A stretch of DNA of 24,090 nucleotides from a virus (Duplodnaviria > Caudoviricetes), in IMG/VR virus record IMGVR_UViG_3300044999_000111, positions 1 to 24,090 of that record. The stretch is one strand, 5' to 3'. This document shows positions 1 to 7,149 of this stretch, piece by piece; the stretch's first letter is position 1; each line of letters starts with the position of its first letter. Under the pieces are notes generated by a model that did not search any database, was not told the origin of the DNA, and worked only from the letters and a program-made list of their open reading frames with translations. Made by a program: the position numbers and the translations under genes.

Positions 1-291
1 GTCATGGTGCGTACCTATCTCAACAAGTTCTCCATGGCCGGGCCAAAAGTGCTCGACATCCGCGTGCACCCGAACATGCCGGCGGGTGCGCTGTTGATGA
101 CCTCGCGCACCTTGCCCTATCCGTTGTCGAACGTCGGCAACGTCGTGCAGGTGCGCACTCGGCAGGACTACTACCAGATCGAATGGCCGCCGCGGGCGCG
201 CCGTTACGAGACCGGCGTCTACGCCGACGAGGTGCTGCAGCACTATTTCCCGCCGTCCATGGCGGTGATTGCGAATATCGCGGCGGGGTAG
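1..291 (+). CDS. Major capsid protein, C-terminal part (5' end lies outside the window)
   Basis: Frame open from base 1 and ending ...RQDYYQIEWP...YETGVYADEVLQHYFPPSMAVIANIAAG*, which resembles HK97-fold capsid C-termini. Lies upstream of the neck genes. The window cannot show whether this copy is full length. Confidence 0.7.
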   Translation, partial: VMVRTYLNKFSMAGPKVLDIRVHPNMPAGALLMTSRTLPYPLSNVGNVVQVRTRQDYYQIEWPPRARRYETGVYADEVLQHYFPPSMAVIANIAAG

Positions 292-327
292 TCCGCGTCG
301 CTCTCGCTCCGCTGCCCGCGTTCGCGG

Positions 328-400
328 TGCGCGGGCGTGACCCACGGCATCCATGTGGCTTTGTCGCTGCATGGATTGCCGGGGCCTGCCTGCAATGACG
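328..400. repeat. Degenerate palindromic REP-like element (copy 1)
   Basis: tgcgcgggcgtgacccacggcatccatg...catggattgccggggcctgcctgcaatgacg aligns with the better-conserved copy at 2073-2148. Confidence 0.65.
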
Positions 401-419
401 TGCTCACGAGATCAAGCAC

Positions 420-1040
420 ATGAAACCACCGCTGCCGCGCACCTTGAGCGCCGTGCCTCGATTGCCGCACGTGCAGCTTGAGATCGTCAATGCAATCCAT
501 ACGCTTGCTTCGCCTTCTGTCGACCAATCTGGTGGATCGCTAGACTCCACGGCACTAGACGCCAATTGCGCGTTGGCAAGGAGAATCTTCCGCTCCTCTC
601 TACGGGAGGAATTTTGTAAGGCAGGCTTCCACTCGGACCAGCCGCGCTGGCGGAGGGGGAGTGGACGAAGAAGCGGACGTTGGTCAGGGGGAGCTGGTAG
701 TCTCATTACGGATCAAGCCCATAGGCGGCTGCGCGGGGGTCACCACTACGTGCCAAAAGAAATCTTCGAGAATCTATATAAGAAAAATCAGCTAAGACCG
801 GAAACTCGAAAGGTTCTTGATGAAGCTATCACTGGGCGACTTCCGAAAGGCCTTCACAAGAACGACAAACCACACAGAGAATATACAAAGGCGGTTTTGG
901 GGCTGTGGCATCAATTCTTGGAAAGACACGGAATTCGGTCCGAAGACATGACGCCCGACCAAGCGCGAAAATTCATTCACGAGGTCCTTCACTCAAGCGA
1001 TCCAAGAATAAGCCTTTATAATGGTAGATTTCGGCGTTAA
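420..1040 (+). CDS. Polymorphic toxin 1 with C-terminal AHH/HNH-like nuclease domain
   Basis: First 32 aa are 23/32 identical to ORF 2169. Has a KAGFHSDQPR...SGRW motif, then a lower-GC C-terminal domain with GHHYVP...LHKNDKPHREYTKAV, matching the xHH...H-x(n)-H-x2-Y pattern of AHH-type His-Me nucleases. Overlaps or abuts a small downstream gene. Confidence 0.65.
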   Translation: MKPPLPRTLSAVPRLPHVQLEIVNAIHTLASPSVDQSGGSLDSTALDANCALARRIFRSSLREEFCKAGFHSDQPRWRRGSGRRSGRWSGGAGSLITDQAHRRLRGGHHYVPKEIFENLYKKNQLRPETRKVLDEAITGRLPKGLHKNDKPHREYTKAVLGLWHQFLERHGIRSEDMTPDQARKFIHEVLHSSDPRISLYNGRFRR

Positions 1041-1500
1041 AATGCATGCGGAATGGTCGGGTGCAATTATGGGGAAAAAAAAGCGAAGCGAGGAAGACGA
1101 GGATCGTCGCTATGACGAGCAATTCAATAACTTTCTGCTGCTTCGAGATCGAATAGAGAATCTTTTGGAGCAATATGGCCGTGCCGACTCATTGGCGGAG
1201 CTGGGCGACTTTTCCGCGCATTATCATTTCGTTCAATCAAATCAAGTAAAGGTATCTGTCGCGAATCTCGACCTATTTCAGCCATTTATTGTCTATCAGC
1301 TGCAGGATATCGTGAAGGAATTTCCGGGGTGGGAAATCGTATATGCCGTAACCCTCGACGATCATCTGAAGGACTGGCCCAATATGGGCTTGTATATTCG
1401 TGGTGATGAAATTATCGACACGTTGCAGCGGCAGTATTTTCCAAAAAAATATCAATGCATAGCATATGCGGGCAGTAGGCTTGGGAGAGAACCAGATTGA
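1021..1500 (+). CDS. Putative immunity protein for toxin 1 (start uncertain: 1021, 1042 or 1069)
   Basis: Small soluble ORF with an acidic N-terminal patch, AT-richer codons, coupled to the toxin 3' end. Family not recognised. Confidence 0.6.
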   Translation: MVDFGVKMHAEWSGAIMGKKKRSEEDEDRRYDEQFNNFLLLRDRIENLLEQYGRADSLAELGDFSAHYHFVQSNQVKVSVANLDLFQPFIVYQLQDIVKEFPGWEIVYAVTLDDHLKDWPNMGLYIRGDEIIDTLQRQYFPKKYQCIAYAGSRLGREPD

Positions 1501-1552
1501 AAGATCTCAATCCGGGCAGACTTCAGTACCGCGCTGAGAAGGAAACTCGCGC

Positions 1553-2029
1553 GCCGGCGTCGTCGTCGAGATCGACGCGGCGCTCAAGAACCGCTGGGAC
1601 AATTACCGGCTCTCGCCCGACACCATGTGGGTCGGCTCGCAGGTCGCCAACGACCTGTCGAAGAAGATCCTGGCCGGCAATGCCAATGCGGCGCAGCGCT
1701 TCGTGTTCGATGCCGACCAGGGCGCGCTCGGCGGCGGCGTCATGGTGCGTACCTATCTCAACAAGTTCTCCATGGCCGGGCCAAAAGTGCTCGACATCCG
1801 CGTGCATCCCAACATGCCCGCGGGCGCGCTGTTGATGACCTCGCGCACCTTGCCCTATCCGCTGTCGAACGTGGGCAACGTCGTGCAGGTGCGCACCCGG
1901 CAGGACTACTACCAGATCGAATGGCCGCCGCGGGCGCGCCGTTACGAGACCGGCGTCTATGCCGACGAGGTGCTGCAGCACTATTTCCCGCCGTCCATGG
2001 CGGTGATTGCGAATATTGCGGCGGGGTGA
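1553..2029 (+). pseudogene. 5'-truncated duplicate of the major capsid gene 3' end
   Basis: Frame reads AGVVVEIDAALKNRWDNYRLSPDTMWVG...IANIAAG*. In-frame TGA at 1535-1537, so there is no N-terminal part. Last 96 codons encode the same peptide as 1-288. Confidence 0.8.
1739..2029 (+). repeat. Direct repeat of 1-291 (offset 1738 nt)
   Basis: Codon-by-codon comparison gives 9 synonymous substitutions plus a TAG/TGA stop change and no amino-acid changes. Weaker similarity continues through the spacer and about 30 codons of the next ORF. Confidence 0.97.
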
Positions 2030-2072
2030 GTCTGATCCCGCTGTGATCCGTCCGACCGCGCGTCTTCACTTT

Positions 2073-2148
2073 GTCATGCGCGGGCTTGACCCGCGCATCC
2101 ATGCCGCCTCGCTGCCGCATGGATTGCCGGGTCAAACCCAGCAATGAC
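2073..2148. repeat. Palindromic REP-like element (GTCAT...ATGAC; CGTC-tagged type seen in Alphaproteobacteria)
   Basis: GTCATgcgcgggcttgacccgcgcatccatgc...gcatggattgccgggtcaaacccagcaATGAC: inverted termini with internal hairpins. Confidence 0.8.
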
Positions 2149-2168
2149 GCATTGCAAAGGTCAAACAC

Positions 2169-3290
2169 ATGAAGACACCGCTACCGCGCACCTTGAGTGC
2201 CGTGCCCCAGACATTGCACACGCAGCTCGAGATTGCCAAGGCGATCCGCACGCTTGCCGGGCCGGACCAAGATGAATTGTTGCGGCAGCGGCGCGTGGAG
2301 ATCGCGGCGATCCGCCGCGATTTGGAGACGCTGCCAGGAGAAATTCGTAAGGCCGGTGCAGAATGCTTGGCACTGGTGAAAGCGGGCCTGCGCGCGGCGC
2401 TGACAAAGACATATGACCCCGACCAGCCGCGGGCGCCGGCCGGCAGTTCCGACGGCGGGCGATGGAGGAGTGGGACGGGCAGCGAAGGGTCAAGCGATTT
2501 ACCGACGCTCCCCGGCGCCGGCGCGAGTGAATCTTCAGCGGGGCGCGTCCGATATGCGTCGCTGGAAAACCCGTCCCCCGGCACGCGGATCGATGCTGCA
2601 GGCCGCGCCGGGGCCGCGACGGGAAGTGCCCGCCTGCTCCCAGCGCCGCGTAATGACACGGTCATACCGGACATGCCGTATGCATCGGAATTCCCCGGTG
2701 GCAGGGCCGATTTGGTTTTCGACGACCCGGCCGGCTATCACGTCATTAGCGCGTACGAGATTCCCGACAATCATCCAAAGCATCCGGTGCCCGTTGTCGA
2801 CAGCTCGGGGCGTCAAATTGATGACGATCAGGGTAATTCGCTTCTGCGGCCGGATGACCTGACTCCGGAAAAATACGTTGAAGCGGGGATGGCTGCTCGT
2901 TCCTTGGCTGCGGAGATCCACCAATTCAATGAGCAGGCAGCGGCCGGCCTATTGGAGCCGAGCGCCATGGCGGGTCTGGCGGCGAAAATTGCTTCGCAAT
3001 TGGCTCCGTTCACTCATGGCGGCTCTTTGGATGCCGAACGCTTCGACTCATACTATGTTCGCGAATACCGTCACTACACGAGCATCGCTACGGGAATTTT
3101 CATGGCTGCGGCCGGCGTCAGCAGGGAGGATGCACTCGCATTTGCGGACTTTTACGCCTCACTTAAATCCAAATTTGGTTCCAGCGAAATGATGGATGAA
3201 TCTTACGTGCACTCGACCAAACAAGATATTGAGGATAATCTGAGGGGCTATGATCTATATGAATCCGGGCGCGTTCGATCCAAGCGATGA
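2169..3290 (+). CDS. Polymorphic toxin 2 with C-terminal helical domain, possibly Ntox44-like
   Basis: Leader shared with ORF 420 and a KTYDPDQPRAPAGSSDGGRW motif, then a Gly/Ser/Pro linker. C-terminus FTHGGSLDAER...YTSIATGIFMAAAG...DIEDNLRGYDLY loosely resembles the Ntox44 pattern. Next gene starts at the base after the stop. Confidence 0.6.
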   Translation: MKTPLPRTLSAVPQTLHTQLEIAKAIRTLAGPDQDELLRQRRVEIAAIRRDLETLPGEIRKAGAECLALVKAGLRAALTKTYDPDQPRAPAGSSDGGRWRSGTGSEGSSDLPTLPGAGASESSAGRVRYASLENPSPGTRIDAAGRAGAATGSARLLPAPRNDTVIPDMPYASEFPGGRADLVFDDPAGYHVISAYEIPDNHPKHPVPVVDSSGRQIDDDQGNSLLRPDDLTPEKYVEAGMAARSLAAEIHQFNEQAAAGLLEPSAMAGLAAKIASQLAPFTHGGSLDAERFDSYYVREYRHYTSIATGIFMAAAGVSREDALAFADFYASLKSKFGSSEMMDESYVHSTKQDIEDNLRGYDLYESGRVRSKR

Positions 3291-3845
3291 ATGAGGTTCG
3301 AAATGCAAGGCGAAGGTCGCGATCGAATCCTTTATTGGCCAGCCATCCTCGCCGTTGCGTTTCCGATAGCTTGTGTCCTCGTCTGGATCGGCCGGCTCAT
3401 TCTGCCGCCGATGGTGGCTTCAGCGATCCTCACGCTCTGGGCGGGTACGATCGTGCTGGCCGTTACCCTGTGCGCGGTATGGCTCTATGAGCAAGCTTGG
3501 CGCCGGCTGGTATCGACCCTCGTGTTGCCGATAAGCGTGATCGCCGTGATATTGTATCTTGACTTCGCTTGGCCTGGCGGCCAGAGGGCGGGCGACTACA
3601 TTCATCTTTTCGCTTCGTACCCTTATTACCTCGATGAAATATCGAAGCTGCCCGAGCCGAAATTTAACGTGTGGCGGTGGTCGGGCAGCACACCCTGCAA
3701 CACCGGGTTGGCCTATGATGAGGGTGATACGATAATGTCCGATGCGCTATCTGAGGACTGGAAGGAAAGAACGAAGAATCTTCGGCTCGACCTTCATGTC
3801 GAATCCCGCGCGTTCGGGCATTTTTATTTCGTCGACATCTGTTAG
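3291..3845 (+). CDS. Putative membrane-anchored immunity protein for toxin 2
   Basis: About three hydrophobic segments in the first ~95 aa, then a small soluble domain (GLAYDEGD...FGHFYFVDIC). ATG abuts the toxin TGA. Confidence 0.6.
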   Translation: MRFEMQGEGRDRILYWPAILAVAFPIACVLVWIGRLILPPMVASAILTLWAGTIVLAVTLCAVWLYEQAWRRLVSTLVLPISVIAVILYLDFAWPGGQRAGDYIHLFASYPYYLDEISKLPEPKFNVWRWSGSTPCNTGLAYDEGDTIMSDALSEDWKERTKNLRLDLHVESRAFGHFYFVDIC

Positions 3846-4052
3846 CGGGCGAAGCGCGACAATCCGCTGGCTCGGCTCGCAGACAATGAGATGACCGCGG
3901 TCGAGATGCAAGGCACATGCGGCCGCTGCCCGGTTATGCGTTCTTTTGATCGATCTTGACCAGCAGCCGGCCGGCAGCGTCGAGGCCGCTTGCGTGCTGA
4001 GCCCACGAGCTGTGTGAACCGGCGCGCTCACCTGAAAATCACGAGGTTTGCC

Positions 4053-4262
4053 ATGAAGCTGAAAGCGCCGGAAGGCGGCGGCGATCCTTGCGTCGCCGGC
4101 GTCGTTATTGCGCCGCGCGAGGGCGTCTATGAGGTCGAGGCCGAGATCGGCGCGCTGTTGATCGAGTGTTTTGGCTTCGTCGAAACCGGCGCCGAGCAGA
4201 AGCCCAAAGCCGCGCCGCGGCGCCCGCGGGCGGCCGCGAAAAAGACTGCGGCGGAGGATTGA
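4053..4262 (+). CDS. Small phage protein with basic tail, in the usual post-capsid position
   Basis: ATG 4053 preceded by GAGG; 69 aa MKLKAPEGGG...AAKKTAAED; stop 2 nt before the adaptor ATG. Confidence 0.65.
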   Translation: MKLKAPEGGGDPCVAGVVIAPREGVYEVEAEIGALLIECFGFVETGAEQKPKAAPRRPRAAAKKTAAED

Positions 4263-4264
4263 AA

Positions 4265-5095
4265 ATGGCCGCATCCGATCTCGCCACGCTCGCCGACGTC
4301 AAAACCTGGCTCGCCGGCTCGAGCGGCATCGGCTCGTCCGACGACGCGCTGATCTCGCGCCTGATCACCGATGTGAGCGGCGCCATCACCGCCTATCTCG
4401 GCCGGCCGTCGTTGACGCCGCGGCTGTTCATGGAGCGGCTCGACGGCAACGACAAGACGCGTTTGTTCCTGCGCCACTATCCGGTGCTACAAATCATCAC
4501 GTTGTTGATCGACACGGCCGTCGTGCCCGCGGCGGCGCCGGTCGGCATGCCGTCCGCCAAAGGCTATCTACTCGAATCCTGGGACGGCTTGCCGCCCGGC
4601 CGGCCGCAGGCGCTCGACGTGTTTCGCACGTTCTATCGCAAGGGCCGGCAGAACGTCGTGGTCGATTATTCGGCCGGCTATGCGGTGGAAAGCGAAGCCG
4701 CGAACGTGCCCACCTCGCCGGGGCCGTATAGCGTTGCGGCGGCGGCGCCGCTTGGGCCGTGGGCCAGCGATGCCGGCGTCACTTATGCCAACGGCGCTCC
4801 GCTTGTGGCGGTGGCGAGCAATCCGGCCGCAGGTGAATATGCGGTCGCGAACGGCGCGTACACGTTCGCCGCCGCCGATGCTGGCGCCGCCGTGCTGATC
4901 TCCTACGGCTTTATTCCGGCCGCGATCAACAACGCCTGCATCGAATGGGTGGCGGAGCGCTACCGCTACCGCACCCGCGTCGGTCAGAGCGCGCAGACCG
5001 TGCAAGGCCAGCAGACGGCGTCGTATAGCCTCAAGGATATTCCGGATTTCGTCCGCGCCTCGCTCGATCCCTATCGCAGCGTGGTGGGGGCGTGA
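4265..5095 (+). CDS. Head-tail adaptor/connector (HK97 gp6-like) with extra beta-rich insertion
   Basis: N-terminus LATLADVKTWL...DDALISRLI...ITAYLGR and C-terminus IPAAINNACIEWVAERYR...LDPYR are typical of gp6-like adaptors. ATG 4265 follows GGAGG. Confidence 0.8.
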   Translation: MAASDLATLADVKTWLAGSSGIGSSDDALISRLITDVSGAITAYLGRPSLTPRLFMERLDGNDKTRLFLRHYPVLQIITLLIDTAVVPAAAPVGMPSAKGYLLESWDGLPPGRPQALDVFRTFYRKGRQNVVVDYSAGYAVESEAANVPTSPGPYSVAAAAPLGPWASDAGVTYANGAPLVAVASNPAAGEYAVANGAYTFAAADAGAAVLISYGFIPAAINNACIEWVAERYRYRTRVGQSAQTVQGQQTASYSLKDIPDFVRASLDPYRSVVGA

Positions 5096-5568
5096 TGTTT
5101 CAGCTCGATCTGCGCGACGATTACAGCGCGAGCCTTGCCGGCATGCCCGACCGGGTGCGCCAGGCGCTTTCGAGCAAGGCCAACGTGCTCGCCATGGCGT
5201 TGGAAGCGAAGATCCAGCAAAAGCTTTCCGGCGGCGTGCTCAATACGCGAAGCGGCGCGCTGGCGAGCTCGATCGTCGCGACGGTCGACGAATCTTCGGC
5301 CGACGTCTCGGTCCGCATCGGCACATCCGGCGACGTCAAATACGCCGCGATCCAGGAATTCGGCGGCACCATCCCGCCGCACGAGATCGTGCCGGACAAG
5401 GCCAGGGCGCTGGCTTTCGTGGTGGGCGGCAAGCAGGTCTTCGCGGCGCGGGTGAACCTGCCGGCGGTGACGATGCCTGAGCGGTCTTATCTGCGCTCTT
5501 CGCTGGGGGAGATGGCGGAGGAGATTGTCGAGGGGTTGAGCGACGCTGTCATCGAAGCCGTCGACTAA
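5092..5568 (+). CDS. Neck/virion morphogenesis protein (HK97 gp10-like)
   Basis: Motifs RSGALASSI, YAAIQEFGG and MPERSYLR; overlaps the adaptor stop. Confidence 0.8.
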   Translation: MMFQLDLRDDYSASLAGMPDRVRQALSSKANVLAMALEAKIQQKLSGGVLNTRSGALASSIVATVDESSADVSVRIGTSGDVKYAAIQEFGGTIPPHEIVPDKARALAFVVGGKQVFAARVNLPAVTMPERSYLRSSLGEMAEEIVEGLSDAVIEAVD

Positions 5569-5626
5569 AGCTCAAGTAGATCTCGCCCAAACCGCTTTCC
5601 CTTTTGCACCGAATGGAGACGATCGC

Positions 5627-6677
5627 ATGCTCGAATTGCGAGGATTGCGCGCGTTTTCGCTTTCGGCGATCCGGGATGTCGAGGGCGTTTCGTTCGACGC
5701 GCAAGGAGTATTTGTGGGCGGCGTGCCACTGCTTAGGAGTGCCCATGTCGGAACTGAGCACAGCACATTGACCGTTCGACAGATTGGGGAGCTCAACGAC
5801 GAATTGACAACACGCTACCGGCTTCCGATCGACGCCTCATCAAAGCTCGGAGCGTTAGCATTGATCGCCAAGGCGCTTAGTCGCGGCGATCTCGCCATGG
5901 CCGCCATCGCCACCGTGCAGATGCAATTTCCCAATCCGCCCTGCTTGGCTAAAGGGGCGGAATCCGCTGACGAGCTTGAGCGTCGCGCTTTTGAGTTCCA
6001 TCGCAGCCACTTACTCAAGTCGAATTGGGACCCAGCGAAACATCCACGCGCCGGTATGCCTCCAAATCCCGGTTGGTTTGTGCCGGCGATAGCGGCACCC
6101 GAAGCTCCCAACGTCGTGCCGGTTATGATGGATCCCAGGCATAAGCCTTGGGAAAGACCGGAGTTTGGCGGTGGTGGCGGGGCGGGCGGACCACCTGAGC
6201 TTCCTTTTCCGCGAGGGTTGCCCCGGGTTTCGCCTCCAAGCGAACCCTTATCGACACCAGAAGCTCCAGCGAAGGCGCCGTCCGGGCCGCCCGCAACAGT
6301 TGAACCGCAACCAAAGCTGCCGTTTCCGGGCGGGCTACCGCCAAAACTGGCGCCATACACAGGAGGCAAGACTTCTGGAATTCTTGATATCCCAAACCAT
6401 TCTCCGATTGAACTGGAGAGCGGATATGATGGCCCAGCAGCAAATATGCCGCCGAAGAGTTCTGGATTTGACTTGATTACGAAGTCACACGTAGAAGGCC
6501 ACGCTGCCGCTATTATGCGCGATCAAGAACTCATGCAGGGTACCCTTTACATAAATAATCCGGACATAATGTGATACCTGCACTGAATTGCTTCCGAAGA
6601 TGCTTCCACCGGGCGCCACATTAGACGTTATTCTCCCCAGCGGTAAGGTCCTAAGATTTAGAGGTATCGGTCCATGA
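5627..6677 (+). pseudogene. Polymorphic toxin 3: DddA/SCP1.201-family cytidine deaminase, split by a +1 frameshift at about 6568
   Basis: Reads LAPYTGGKTSG...SHVEGHAAAIMR...LYINNPDI, then a stop at 6572-6574. Removing one A at 6568/6569 gives CDTCTELLPKMLPPGATLDVILPSGKVLRFRGIGP*, ending at 6677 with an ATGA overlap on the next gene. The HVE and NN...CxxC...LLP motifs parallel DddA. Confidence 0.88.
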
Positions 6678-7072
6678 AGATCAAATATGCCAATCAGCAG
6701 GATAAATTAGACATAATGAATGGCGAGGTTATTGCAGACGAGGCATCGCTCGTCGACTTACTCAACAGAAGGCGAAGCAACGCTCCGTTCTTCGGACGAT
6801 TCTCAGGCGACAACGGTTTTGAGCTTATGATCGGGATGGGCGGTGAGATTGGTTGCGTCCAATACAGTCGCACTGACGGCGATCCGCCGTACCTCGTCGC
6901 CGTTCCACCTCAACCACGTTTGACGAGCGGGTATGTCGAGTTTCGCACGGCAAATACTCCCACTCCGGTGCCGGCACGAAACATATTGACCTTCGACGAA
7001 TTGAAAAAGATAGCGTTGCATTTTCTGGAAACGGGCGAGCGTAGCGACGCTTTTTCTTGGGACTCCATATAA
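6674..7072 (+). CDS. Imm1-family (DddI-like) immunity protein
   Basis: 132 aa with LMIGMGGEIGCVQY and the C-terminal ALHFLETGERSDAFSW typical of Imm1; directly follows the deaminase. Confidence 0.82.
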   Translation: MKIKYANQQDKLDIMNGEVIADEASLVDLLNRRRSNAPFFGRFSGDNGFELMIGMGGEIGCVQYSRTDGDPPYLVAVPPQPRLTSGYVEFRTANTPTPVPARNILTFDELKKIALHFLETGERSDAFSWDSI

Positions 7073-7149
7073 CAATTATCCTGCCCTGAAATTCACGGTT
7101 TAAGGCTGCGGCTACGGGGTAATGGAACGGCAATTCACGAGGAAACGCG

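Noticed and set aside
289-420. Capsid-toxin fusion by stop-codon readthrough
   Set aside because: Toxin ORFs are out of frame with the capsid in both copies and by different offsets (frames 1 to 0 and 2 to 0), with different stop codons.
1-2029. Capsid repeat as a DGR TR/VR pair or a simple assembly duplication
   Set aside because: Differences are synonymous and not adenine-specific, and the flanks differ. An exact-duplication artefact is therefore unlikely, though a strain chimera still needs read-level exclusion.
3990-4264. Upstream starts at 3990 and 4166 given by the ORF track
   Set aside because: ATGs at 4053 and 4265 have RBS-like sequences, avoid long overlaps and match the expected N-termini.
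6566-6574. Programmed +1 frameshift in the deaminase
   Set aside because: The context ATA ATG TGA is not a shift-prone motif I recognise; a 1-nt insertion (mutation or read error) is simpler.
420-6677. Classifying the toxins as MuF, Rhs, CdiA or host type II toxin-antitoxin modules
   Set aside because: No MuF-like region, YD repeats, haemagglutinin repeats or DNA-binding antitoxin was recognised. The order is long toxin then immunity.
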